Source: Dehalococcoidia bacterium
Lineage (GTDB): Bacteria; Chloroflexota; Dehalococcoidia; Bin125
Direction of reading: 5' to 3'
Length of the DNA: 64,000 bases
Assembly: GCA_965218115.1 (NCBI GenBank)
Contig: OZ244584.1
Span: forward strand, 2,560,012 to 2,624,011
Shown here: positions 28,218 through 38,017 of the stretch, one piece after another
How the letters are laid out: the number at the start of each line of letters is the position of its first letter
Numbering within the stretch: position 1 is the stretch's first letter
The notes under the pieces: generated by a model
The model's database searches: none
The model's input: only the letters and a program-made list of their open reading frames with translations
What the model was told of the DNA's origin: nothing
Position numbers and translations under genes: made by a program

Positions 28218-29191
28218 CCACGGCGACGGCCACCGCGGTGCGCTTTGAGTCGCTGCTGGACACCATCGGTGACACGCCGCTGGTGCGGCTCAACAAACTG
28301 TCGCCCAACCCCGATGTCGCCATCTGGGTCAAGCTTGAGGGTCAGAACCCGAGCGGCTCGGTCAAGGACCGGATCGCGCGGGCGATGATCGACGCGGCGC
28401 ACGCTGACGGCTCGCTGCGGCCCGGCCAGACGATCCTCGAACCGACCAGCGGCAACACCGGGCTGGCGATCGCGATGATCGGGCGGCTTGCGGGCCACCC
28501 GGTGCGCTGCGTGATGCCGGCCAGCGTGAGCGGCGAGCGCCGCGAACTGCTCAAGTTCTTCGGCGCGGAGGTGATCCTCTCGCCCGGCGAACTGGGCAGC
28601 AACGGCGCGGTTCGGATGGCCCAGGAGATCTATGCGCGGGACCCCAGCGTCTTCATGCCGATGCAGTACGAAAACGCGGCCAACCCGGGTGCGCACTACG
28701 AGACGACCGGCCCCGAGATCCTGCGCGACTGCCCCGAGATCACGCACTTCGTTGCCGGGCTCGGCACGGGCGGCACGCTGACCGGCGTCGGTCGCTATCT
28801 CAAAGAGATGCGCCCGGACGTGAAGATCATCGCCGCCGCGCCGCATCCCGGCGACCTCGTGCAGGGCCTGCGCAGCCTCGACGAGGGCTACATCCCGCCG
28901 GTTCTGGACGAATCGGTGCTCGACGGCCGAATTATGATCGACAGCCGCACCTCGTTCGCCGTGACCAAGGCGCTGCTGGAGGAAGAGGGCATCTTCGCGG
29001 GGATCTCCTGTGGCGCGGCCGTCCGCGCCGCGCAACGAGCGGCGGACCGGCTCGGCGCCGACGGCCGCACCGGCCATATCGTGGTACTGCTGGCCGACGG
29101 CGGCTGGAAGTACATCTCAACCGGCCTCTGGTCGCGCGAATACGACGACATCGCCGGCGACGAGACAATTGAAGGAAAACTCTGGTGGTGA
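28214..29191 (+). CDS. cysM: CysM-type (CysO-dependent) cysteine synthase
   Basis: NPSGSVKDR, VQGLRSLDEGYIP, ADGGWKYISTG, C-terminal EGKLWW like mycobacterial CysM. Confidence 0.88.
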   Translation: MTTATATAVRFESLLDTIGDTPLVRLNKLSPNPDVAIWVKLEGQNPSGSVKDRIARAMIDAAHADGSLRPGQTILEPTSGNTGLAIAMIGRLAGHPVRCVMPASVSGERRELLKFFGAEVILSPGELGSNGAVRMAQEIYARDPSVFMPMQYENAANPGAHYETTGPEILRDCPEITHFVAGLGTGGTLTGVGRYLKEMRPDVKIIAAAPHPGDLVQGLRSLDEGYIPPVLDESVLDGRIMIDSRTSFAVTKALLEEEGIFAGISCGAAVRAAQRAADRLGADGRTGHIVVLLADGGWKYISTGLWSREYDDIAGDETIEGKLWW

Positions 29192-29242
29192 TCGCCACCA
29201 TTGACATGACAGCCTGAGACAGGTCAGAGAAGGGACCGGACC

Positions 29243-30088
29243 ATGGCCGAATACACACACCCTGAGAAGCTGGTCAGCACCGATTGGGTGGCTGACCACC
29301 TCGACGACGCGAACGTCCGCCTGATCGAGGTGGACGTGGACACGAGCGCGTACGACGAGGGCCACCCGCCCGGCGCCGCGGCCTGGAACTGGACCAGCCA
29401 GCTGCAGGACCAGGTCCAGCGCGATGTCGCCAGCCGCGACGCCGTCGAAGCGCTGCTGCGTGGCGCGGGCGCGAACGACGACTCGCAGATCGTCCTGTTC
29501 GGCGACAACAACAACTGGTTCGCCGCATACGCGCTCTGGATGCTCGAGCTGTACGGCGTGACCAACACCGCACTGATGGACGGTGGCCGCGTCAAGTGGC
29601 TCGCCGAGGGTCGGGCGACCACGACCGATGCTCCAGCTCCCGTGGCGGGCAACATCTCGGTCGCGGAGCGCGACGAGTCGAGCAGAGCCAAGCTGCCCGG
29701 CGTGCTGTCGCACGTGGGCGCAGGCGGCCAGCTCGTTGATGTGCGCTCGCCGGACGAGTTCAACGGCGTGATCATGGCGCCGCCGGGCCTGCCCGAGACC
29801 GCGCAGCGCAAGGGCCGCGTGCCCGGCGCCTCGAACATCCCCTGGGCGACCGCGGTCGCCGCGGACGGCACGTTCAAGTCGGCCGATGAGCTGCACGAGG
29901 TCTACGCCAGCCGCGGGATCGACCCGTCGCAGTCGGTGATCGCCTATTGCCGGATCGGCGAGCGCTCGTCGCACTCCTGGTTCGCCCTGAAATACCTCAT
30001 GGGGATTGAGGACGTGACCAACTACGACGGCTCGTGGACCGAGTACGGCAGCGTGGTCGGCGTGCCGATCGATAACCCCACGGCGTAA
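29243..30088 (+). CDS. Two-domain rhodanese sulfurtransferase (CysA/SseA type)
   Basis: LVSTDWV, NNWFAAYA, YCRIGERS active site, YDGSWTEYG. Confidence 0.95.
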   Translation: MAEYTHPEKLVSTDWVADHLDDANVRLIEVDVDTSAYDEGHPPGAAAWNWTSQLQDQVQRDVASRDAVEALLRGAGANDDSQIVLFGDNNNWFAAYALWMLELYGVTNTALMDGGRVKWLAEGRATTTDAPAPVAGNISVAERDESSRAKLPGVLSHVGAGGQLVDVRSPDEFNGVIMAPPGLPETAQRKGRVPGASNIPWATAVAADGTFKSADELHEVYASRGIDPSQSVIAYCRIGERSSHSWFALKYLMGIEDVTNYDGSWTEYGSVVGVPIDNPTA

Positions 30089-30098
30089 GTCGCGCGCA

Positions 30099-30482
30099 GT
30101 GGCGGACCCCGTCTGGCGGCTGACCGTCGCGCGGGCGGTCGCGTCGAACGACGCGTCCGCTCTGCCGCTGCGGCTCAGTGCGCGCGTGCTGGACCGCTAC
30201 CTCGAGCGCCCGGAAAATCGCATCCTGCGCACCGACAGCGTGGGCCGGCTACTGCAGCCTGGCAAATCGACGATCGACTTTGGGATCGTCGGCGACGATC
30301 AGGTCATCCACCTGCGCTTTGCTGACCTGATCCATCTGGTTCCCGAACAGGAGCGCGATCACTGGCTCGACCACCTGCTCGCGCCGGAGCTGAGTCACAG
30401 CCTGCTGCGCATGCAGCTCAGTCCCGGCGCCTGCCACGACGACGGCGAGCTGCGCGACTGGCGACCGGAGCCCTCGTGCTGA
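30099..30482 (+). CDS. Hypothetical protein within the sulfur operon
   Basis: Co-oriented, 10 bp from the rhodanese gene, host-like codon usage. Confidence 0.7.
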   Translation: MADPVWRLTVARAVASNDASALPLRLSARVLDRYLERPENRILRTDSVGRLLQPGKSTIDFGIVGDDQVIHLRFADLIHLVPEQERDHWLDHLLAPELSHSLLRMQLSPGACHDDGELRDWRPEPSC

Positions 30483-31069
30483 CCAGCTTCGCGCCGCTGC
30501 CTGAACAGCGCTACTCGGTGATCTACGCCGACCCGCCCTGGGACTACAAGGGTCAGCTACAGCACGCCGGCCCCGGCAGCGGCGACAGCGGCGGCGCGGT
30601 CCGGCACTTTCCCACCGTGACGACACGCGACCTGATGGACCTACCGGTCGCGGGGATCGCTGAGCCGGACGCGGTGCTGTTCCTCTGGGCGACCTCGCCG
30701 CACCTCGACCAGGCGATCGAGCTGGGCAAGGCCTGGGGCTTCGCCTGGGCGACCGTGGCCTTCGTCTGGGACAAGCAGCGCGTCAACCCGGGGCACTACA
30801 CGCTCTCCCAATGCGAGCTCTGCCTCGTCTTCAAGCGCGGCCGCATCCCGCAGCCGCGCGGCCGACGCGACATCCGCCAGCTGGTCAGCGAGCCGCGCGG
30901 GCGTCACTCCGAAAAGCCCGACGATGTGCGCATGCGGATCGCAGAGATGTTTCCGACACAGTCGAAGATCGAGCTATTCGCCCGCTCCGCCGCAGCCGGC
31001 TGGGACACTTGGGGTGAGGAAATCCAGCACGGCCTGCAACGCGGATTCTGGACGGCGGTGACGCAGTGA
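30476..31069 (+). CDS. MT-A70 family adenine methyltransferase
   Basis: IYADPPW, LFLWATSP, AWGF, HSEKP, IELFAR, GWDTWG. Confidence 0.92.
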   Translation: MLTSFAPLPEQRYSVIYADPPWDYKGQLQHAGPGSGDSGGAVRHFPTVTTRDLMDLPVAGIAEPDAVLFLWATSPHLDQAIELGKAWGFAWATVAFVWDKQRVNPGHYTLSQCELCLVFKRGRIPQPRGRRDIRQLVSEPRGRHSEKPDDVRMRIAEMFPTQSKIELFARSAAAGWDTWGEEIQHGLQRGFWTAVTQ

Positions 31070-31584
31070 CGCTGACACTCCCCCGCTCGCTCGTCGACGA
31101 GATGGTCGCGCACGCTCGCGAGGACCTGCCGAACGAATGCTGCGGGATCATCGCGCGCGCGGCCGATGGGGCGCTGACGCTCTACCGCACGACCAACGCC
31201 GAGGCCTCGCCGTTCCGGTTCAACGTTGAGGGGCAGCAACTCTTCTACTTGTTCCGCACCATTGAAGACGGTGGCGCCGCCTTCCTCGTCATTTACCACT
31301 CCCACGTCGCCAGCCAAGCGCGCCCGTCGCCGACTGATTTGCGACAGTCGATCTTGCTCCGCGGTGCCGATCCATGGCCCTATTGGGTGCTCGTCTCGCT
31401 CAAAGACGAAGAGCCGTCGGTCCGTGTCTGGCGGATCGACGACGGCGACGAAGTCGAAGGCGTCACGCCGACCGAAATCGAGCTGCGCATCGCAGACGTG
31501 CCCCACCGCCGCGTTCAACTGGAGACGTACGAGGTCGAGATCGACGGCAGCCTCCGCCCGCGAGTGCGTGAGCGCGAGCTCTGA
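31066..31584 (+). CDS. JAB/MPN+ (M67, Mec-like) metallopeptidase
   Basis: PNECCG, YHSH..PSPTD JAMM motif. Confidence 0.92.
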   Translation: MTLTLPRSLVDEMVAHAREDLPNECCGIIARAADGALTLYRTTNAEASPFRFNVEGQQLFYLFRTIEDGGAAFLVIYHSHVASQARPSPTDLRQSILLRGADPWPYWVLVSLKDEEPSVRVWRIDDGDEVEGVTPTEIELRIADVPHRRVQLETYEVEIDGSLRPRVREREL

Positions 31585-31587
31585 ACC

Positions 31588-32418
31588 ATGCCTGAACCGC
31601 TGAACATCGGCGGTCGAGACTTCGTGTGGGGCTCGCGGACGTACATCGTCGGCGTGCTCAACGTGACTCCCGACTCGTTCGCCGGCGACGGCCTTGTCGA
31701 TGTCGATGCCGCCGTTGAGCGCGGTCTCGAGATGTGCCGCGCCGGCGCAGACCTGATCGACATCGGCGGCGAATCCACCCGCCCGGGCTTCGAGCCCATC
31801 TCGCTCGACGAAGAGTTCGCACGGGTCTGCCCCGTTCTCGAAGCGCTACAGGCCAACGGCGTCGCGGCGCCGCTCAGCATCGACACGACCAAGCCGGAGG
31901 TCGCGGAGGCGGCATTCTGTGCCGGCGCTGCGCTGCTCAACGACATCAACGGCCTGCGCGGCGACCCGCGCCTTGCCGAGGTTGCCGCGCGCCACGGCGT
32001 CCCGGTGATCGCGATGCACAACCAGCGGGGACGGCCGCCGGCGGCGGACTCCATCGCGGCGGTGCTGGAGGGCTTCACGGCGTCGCTCGCGTGCGCGAGC
32101 GACTCGGGCATCGCGGCCGAACGCGTGATCCTCGATCCGGGCTTCGGCTTCGGTTGGTCGGCGCGGCAGAACTACGAGATTCTGGCCCGCTTGCGGGAGC
32201 TGCGCGCGGCGGGGCGCCCAATCCTGGTTGGTCCCTCGCGCAAGCGCATGACCGGCGAGCAGTTCGGCTGGCCGGCGCGCGAGCGGCTGGAGGGCACCGC
32301 CGCCACGGTCGCGATCGCGATCGCCAACGGCGCAGACCTCGTGCGCGTCCACGATGTCGCCGAGATGGGACGCGTCGCGAGGATCGCCGACGCTGTCGTG
32401 CGGCGTGACGGCATATGA
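31588..32418 (+). CDS. folP: Dihydropteroate synthase
   Basis: LNVTPDSF, DIGGESTRPG, DPGFGF, SRKR, RVHDV. Confidence 0.96.
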   Translation: MPEPLNIGGRDFVWGSRTYIVGVLNVTPDSFAGDGLVDVDAAVERGLEMCRAGADLIDIGGESTRPGFEPISLDEEFARVCPVLEALQANGVAAPLSIDTTKPEVAEAAFCAGAALLNDINGLRGDPRLAEVAARHGVPVIAMHNQRGRPPAADSIAAVLEGFTASLACASDSGIAAERVILDPGFGFGWSARQNYEILARLRELRAAGRPILVGPSRKRMTGEQFGWPARERLEGTAATVAIAIANGADLVRVHDVAEMGRVARIADAVVRRDGI

Positions 32419-32434
32419 CGCCATATGACGCCTT

Positions 32435-32932
32435 GTGACTGAAGTCTTCCTCGGGCTCGGAGCGAATCTGGGCGATCGGCGCGGAACGCTCCGCGCGGCC
32501 GTCGCCGAGCTGCGCGAACTGCTCGCGAACCTGCGCGTCTCAGCGCTCTACGAGACGGCGCCCTGGGGCGACGAAGACCAGCCAGCGTTCCTCAACGCCG
32601 TGGTGCGCGGCGCGACGGAGCTCGCGCCGCTGGAGCTGCTCGACCGGACACAGGCGATCGAGGATCGGCTTGGGCGCGTACGCAGCGGCCGCCGCTGGGG
32701 ACCACGCGCGATCGATCTCGACATCCTGCTCTATGGCGGCGAGGTCGTCTCGCACCCGCGGCTGATGATTCCGCACCTGCACATCCGCGAGCGCGGCTTC
32801 GTCCTGCGGCCGCTTGCCGACCTCGCGCCGGGCCGTTCGATTCCGCCCGAGGGGTCGCAGATCGGCGAGTTACTGACGATCGTGAACGCTGACGATGTGC
32901 TGCAGGTCGAGGGGCCGGGCTGGGCCGACTAA
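32435..32932 (+). CDS. folK: 6-hydroxymethyl-7,8-dihydropterin pyrophosphokinase
   Basis: GLGANLGD, QPAFLN, WGPRAIDLDIL, ERGFV. Confidence 0.96.
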   Translation: MTEVFLGLGANLGDRRGTLRAAVAELRELLANLRVSALYETAPWGDEDQPAFLNAVVRGATELAPLELLDRTQAIEDRLGRVRSGRRWGPRAIDLDILLYGGEVVSHPRLMIPHLHIRERGFVLRPLADLAPGRSIPPEGSQIGELLTIVNADDVLQVEGPGWAD

Positions 32933-33159
32933 ACGTTGTCGATCGGCTCAGTGGCGAACTCGAGTCCTTCGAGATCGTCCTCCATCTGCAGCAGCGTCCA
33001 GCCGGTCCAGAAGACCAGCGCCGAGATCACGAGTACGAGCAGCGCGGCGGGCACGGCGACCGCTGCGTAGCTCCCGCGCGAGAGCGCGCGCAGGAACAGC
33101 AGCAGCTCCAGCGCCACGGCGCCCATCACGATCGCGCCGGTCAGACGTGTGCGTTCCAT
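32929..33159 (-). CDS. Small two-TM membrane protein
   Basis: Two hydrophobic helices and an acidic tail. Confidence 0.6.
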   Translation of the reverse strand: MERTRLTGAIVMGAVALELLLFLRALSRGSYAAVAVPAALLVLVISALVFWTGWTLLQMEDDLEGLEFATEPIDNV

Positions 33160-33210
33160 GCCCGCGAGCCTATCGGTGTCGCGCGCTTCAGCGCTGATAC
33201 GCTTCGCAGC

Positions 33211-33858
33211 GTGAGCGACGTACTGCAGCACGAGGGCGAGTCAGGGACGGAGCGGGAAGCCGCGACGGACCCGCTCGCGCCGCGGACCGTCTTCCTGCAC
33301 CGCCGAGTCGTGCAGATTGGGCCTGAGCGAATCGAGATTCGCCCGCCACGCTCGGCCGTGATCGCGCCGGCGCTGGGCGTCGCCGTGACCGGCGGCCTGC
33401 TGGCGCTGCTCGGCACCTCGGTCGACAGCCTGCCCTTCTGGTTGCTGCCGATCATTCTGCTGGTCTCGGTGCTGCTGCTGCCGCTCTCGGGCATGTCGCT
33501 GGTCTACGCGCTGCTGGGCGCGCACATCGTCGCCAGCGGGCCGGGCAACAACGTGTCGCTCAAGCAGCGCTTCCTCGGACTCGGGATCGGCACCAACGAG
33601 ATGATCCCGTTCTGGAAGATTCGCGAGCTGCGGATCGAAGACGAAGGCCGACCGGTCGCGCGCGCCGATGTCGAGCTGCCCTCGCAGGAGGTCGCGCAGT
33701 GGCAGCTGATTCTGGTCAAGAAATCCGGCACCCGACACACGCTCGGTAGCGTGAACGTGCCGCGCGAGCATGAGGAAGAGGGCCTCGAGCTGATCATGGA
33801 CGTCGCCGATGCGTTCGCCGCCCTCAGCGACGCGCCAATCCGAGGGCCAATCTGGTGA
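33211..33858 (+). CDS. Hypothetical two-TM membrane protein
   Basis: Two TM segments plus a soluble domain; overlaps the next gene by 4 bp. Confidence 0.7.
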   Translation: MSDVLQHEGESGTEREAATDPLAPRTVFLHRRVVQIGPERIEIRPPRSAVIAPALGVAVTGGLLALLGTSVDSLPFWLLPIILLVSVLLLPLSGMSLVYALLGAHIVASGPGNNVSLKQRFLGLGIGTNEMIPFWKIRELRIEDEGRPVARADVELPSQEVAQWQLILVKKSGTRHTLGSVNVPREHEEEGLELIMDVADAFAALSDAPIRGPIW

Positions 33859-34292
33859 GCACTGAGCAAGACAGCAGCTGGGAAGCCGACATTGACCGCG
33901 CCGTCGCCGAAACGCTCCCTGCGATGCGCAACATCGCGGTGATCGGCCTCTCGCCGCGGCCCGAGCGCGACAGCCACCGCGTCTCGGCCTACATGCAGCA
34001 CGCGGCCTACCGCATCATTCCCGTCAATCCCGCCGTGAGCGACGAGGAGATCCTCGGCGAGCCCGTCTACGCCACGCTCGACGAGATCGAGGAGCCGGTC
34101 GACACCGTGGTCGTCTTCCGCCGCTCGCACCAGACGGACGAACCGATCGACGCAGCGATTGCGGCCGGCGCCGATACCGTCTGGCTGCAGCTCGGGATCG
34201 AGAACCCTGCGGGCCTCGAGCGCGCTCGGGCGGCGGGCCTGCGGGCCGTCGAAAATCGTTGCCTGATGGTCGAGCACCGGCTGATCACCTGA
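33855..34292 (+). CDS. CoA-binding protein (YccU-like)
   Basis: IAVIGLS, IIPVNP, VWLQLGI, NRCLMVEH. Confidence 0.92.
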   Translation: MSTEQDSSWEADIDRAVAETLPAMRNIAVIGLSPRPERDSHRVSAYMQHAAYRIIPVNPAVSDEEILGEPVYATLDEIEEPVDTVVVFRRSHQTDEPIDAAIAAGADTVWLQLGIENPAGLERARAAGLRAVENRCLMVEHRLIT

Positions 34293-34397
34293 TAGCCGGT
34301 GGGCGAGCCGGGGTGTTAACTGCGGCATAACGGCCACGGCCGCGAAACGCTCTGGGCTACACTCGAAGTCCAACGGCAGACGACACACGGAGCGCTT

Positions 34398-35843
34398 GTG
34401 GCACTGCCGCCCGCCGCTGACACGCCTCGAGAAGCCTGCGGTGTGTTCGGCGTATGGTCCTCCGAAGTCGATGTCGCGCGCCTGACCTTCTACGGCATCT
34501 ACGCGCTCCAGCATCGCGGCCAGGAGAGCGCGGGAATCTGCGCCACCGACGGCAAGACGCTGCACCTGCAGACCGGCATGGGCCTCGTCTCGCAGGTCTT
34601 CACCGAAGACGGGCTTGAACCGCTCGACGGCGTCGCCGCGATCGGCCACACCCGATACTCGACGACCGGATCGAGCCGCTTCCGCAATTCACAGCCGATC
34701 GAACTGTGCGACCCGAACAACCAGCAGCCGGTGGCGATCGCGCACAACGGCAACGTGGTCAACGCCGCGGAGATCCGCGCGCAGTTGATGGAATCCGGGC
34801 ATCGGTTCAAGACCTCGACCGACACCGAAATTCTCGGCCTCTACCTGCTCGATCAGGGCGTCGATTGGCACTCCCGCTTCGCCGCGATGATGCACCGCAT
34901 CGAGGCCGCCTACTCGATCGTGATGCTCACGCCCGACCGTCTGATGGCGGCGCGCGACCCGCTCGGTGTGCGCCCGCTCTGCATCGGCTCGATCGAGGGC
35001 GGCTTCGTGGTTGCTTCAGAGACCTGCGCGCTGGACCACATCGGCGCGGAGTTCGTCCGCGATGTGCGGCCCGGCGAGCTCGTCACGATCGACGCCGACG
35101 GCCTGCGCAGCGAGCAGGTCGTGGAGGCGCGCACGCCCGCCGGTTGTGTCTTCGAGCACATCTACTTCGCCCGGCCCGATTCGTTCCTTGATGGCCATCT
35201 GGCCTACGAGTCGCGGCGGCGGATGGGCCGCGAGCTCGCGCGCGAGCACCCGGCCGACGCGGACCTGGTGATCGGCGTGCCGGATTCCGCAACCGCGCAC
35301 GCCGTTGGCTACGCCAGCGAATCGGGCATCCCCTACTCCGACGGCCTGGTCAAGAACCGCTACGTCGGGCGCACGTTTATCGAGCCGGACCAGCGCACCC
35401 GCGACCTTGGCGCGCATCTCAAGTACAACCCGATGAAGTCGGTGCTCAAGGGTCGCCGCATTGTGGTCATCGACGACACGATCGTGCGCGGCACGACGAC
35501 GCCGCGGATCGTCAAGCTGCTGCGCCAGGCCGGCGCTTCCGAGGTGCACATGCGCATCTCAGCGCCGCCGATCCGGCACGCCTGTTACTTCGGCGTCGAC
35601 ATGGCGACCCGCGCCGAGCTGATCGCGGCGAATCACAGCGTCGAAGAGATTCGCGAGCACATCGACGCCGATTCGCTCGGCTACCTGAGCATCGAGGGGC
35701 TGCTGCGCGCCGTCGATCTGGGCAAGCCATCCTGCCTGGCCTGCTTCAACGGCGTCTACCCCGTGCCGGTGCAGTTCGGCATGGACAAGCTGATGTTGGA
35801 GCGCGAAGCGGCGCCGATCCAGCTTGCCGGAGCGCTGCGCTAG
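34398..35843 (+). CDS. purF: Amidophosphoribosyltransferase
   Basis: Propeptide then CGVFG, LQHRGQES, GHTRYST, VIDDTIVRGTT, Fe-S cysteines. Confidence 0.97.
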   Translation: MALPPAADTPREACGVFGVWSSEVDVARLTFYGIYALQHRGQESAGICATDGKTLHLQTGMGLVSQVFTEDGLEPLDGVAAIGHTRYSTTGSSRFRNSQPIELCDPNNQQPVAIAHNGNVVNAAEIRAQLMESGHRFKTSTDTEILGLYLLDQGVDWHSRFAAMMHRIEAAYSIVMLTPDRLMAARDPLGVRPLCIGSIEGGFVVASETCALDHIGAEFVRDVRPGELVTIDADGLRSEQVVEARTPAGCVFEHIYFARPDSFLDGHLAYESRRRMGRELAREHPADADLVIGVPDSATAHAVGYASESGIPYSDGLVKNRYVGRTFIEPDQRTRDLGAHLKYNPMKSVLKGRRIVVIDDTIVRGTTTPRIVKLLRQAGASEVHMRISAPPIRHACYFGVDMATRAELIAANHSVEEIREHIDADSLGYLSIEGLLRAVDLGKPSCLACFNGVYPVPVQFGMDKLMLEREAAPIQLAGALR

Positions 35844-36932
35844 ATGACCGAGCCCGGGACCGAGACGTCGAGCGCGCCGCGCTACGGCGCAGTTGGCGTC
35901 GATATCGACGCGAACGATCGCCTGATCCCGCGCTACCGCGAACTCGCCGAGCTGGCCCGTCGCCCCGAGCAGGTCGGCGCGGTCGGCGCCTTCAGCGGCC
36001 TGTTCGACCTGAGCGCCTGGGAGCGGCCCACGCTGGTCGCCTCGACGGACGGCGTCGGCACCAAGGTGTTGCTGGCGAGTCTCGCGGGACGCCTCGACGG
36101 GGTCGGCCGCGACCTCGTCAATCACTCGATCAACGACATCCTCACCGCCGGCGCCGAGCCGCTCTTCTTTCTCGACTACCTCGCCGGCAACGGGCTGTCG
36201 GAAGACGAGAAGGTGGCCGTCGTCTCCGGCGTCGCCGAAGCCTGCCGCGACTCCGGCGTGGCGCTGCTGGGCGGCGAAACGGCCGACATGCCCGATCTCT
36301 ACCGCGCCGGCGAATTCGACCTCGCCGGCACGATCGTCGGAGTGGTCGATCGCGAGCGCGCGATCACCGGCGAAACCATCACGGCCGGTGACGTGCTGAT
36401 CGGCCTGCCCAGCAACGGGCTGCATACCAACGGGTACTCGTTGGCCCGCGACGCGCTCGGCTTGCGCGGCGACGACGCCGACCGCAAGGACGACGACGAG
36501 GCACGGCGCGCGACGCTGCTGACCCACGAGCCGCAGCTCGGCGAAACGCTCGCCGACGCGCTGCTGCGCCCGCACATCGCCTACTGGTCCGCGCTGCGAC
36601 CCGTGCTCGGCATGGTCAAGGGACTGGCGCACATCACGGGCGGCGGCATCGCCGGGAATCTCGAGCGGGTGCTGCCCGCCGAGCTCGGCGCGAGGCTCGA
36701 TCGCGCTATCTGGTACGAGCCACCGATCTTCAGGCTGATTCAGCGCGGCGGCGAGATCGAAAGCACCGAGATGTTCCGCGTCTTCAACATGGGCGTGGGA
36801 ATGATCGTGGTCGTCGCGGCCGCCGACGCGGCGGCGCTGTGCGCCGCGCTCGACGGCGCGGAGCGGATCGGCGAGGTGACCGCCCGGAGCGCGTGGCAGG
36901 CCGGGGCACGGGTGCACATTGATGGTCTCTGA
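35844..36932 (+). CDS. purM: AIR synthase
   Basis: STDGVGTK, FFLDY, GGETA, HTNGYS, HITGGG, FNMG. Confidence 0.97.
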   Translation: MTEPGTETSSAPRYGAVGVDIDANDRLIPRYRELAELARRPEQVGAVGAFSGLFDLSAWERPTLVASTDGVGTKVLLASLAGRLDGVGRDLVNHSINDILTAGAEPLFFLDYLAGNGLSEDEKVAVVSGVAEACRDSGVALLGGETADMPDLYRAGEFDLAGTIVGVVDRERAITGETITAGDVLIGLPSNGLHTNGYSLARDALGLRGDDADRKDDDEARRATLLTHEPQLGETLADALLRPHIAYWSALRPVLGMVKGLAHITGGGIAGNLERVLPAELGARLDRAIWYEPPIFRLIQRGGEIESTEMFRVFNMGVGMIVVVAAADAAALCAALDGAERIGEVTARSAWQAGARVHIDGL

Positions 36933-37104
36933 GCAGCCGGCACGCTTGACCGTCGAATGGGGCGAGCGTACATTCCGCTTGCGCCGGATTGCGCGCTGTC
37001 ATGGTGCGTGATCACGGCTCGCCGCCGGTTGCCTGTGAGCGCTGCGGCTGCGACCGTATGAGTCGAGCGAGGCCCGCGACGGGCGCGATGGAACAGGATG
37101 GACC

Positions 37105-37236
37105 GTGGGCCTGATCGAATTCGCCCTCGTGACGATCCCCTTCCGCTCGGAGATCATGGAGCTGCCGCTGGTGGCGCTGACGATGCTGTTCTGCTTCGCC
37201 GCGCTGGTCGTGCTTGGCCGCTGGTGGGAGCGCTAA
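37105..37236 (+). CDS. Small hydrophobic peptide (43 aa) at the head of the cytochrome b operon
   Basis: GTG start; MGLIEFALVTIPFRSEIMELPLVALTMLFCFAALVVLGRWWER; ends 6 bp before the cytochrome b ATG. Confidence 0.55.
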   Translation: MGLIEFALVTIPFRSEIMELPLVALTMLFCFAALVVLGRWWER

Positions 37237-37242
37237 TCCACC

Positions 37243-37998
<756 letters not shown>

Positions 37999-38017
37999 CG
38001 AGCGGGGGAGGCCAAGC

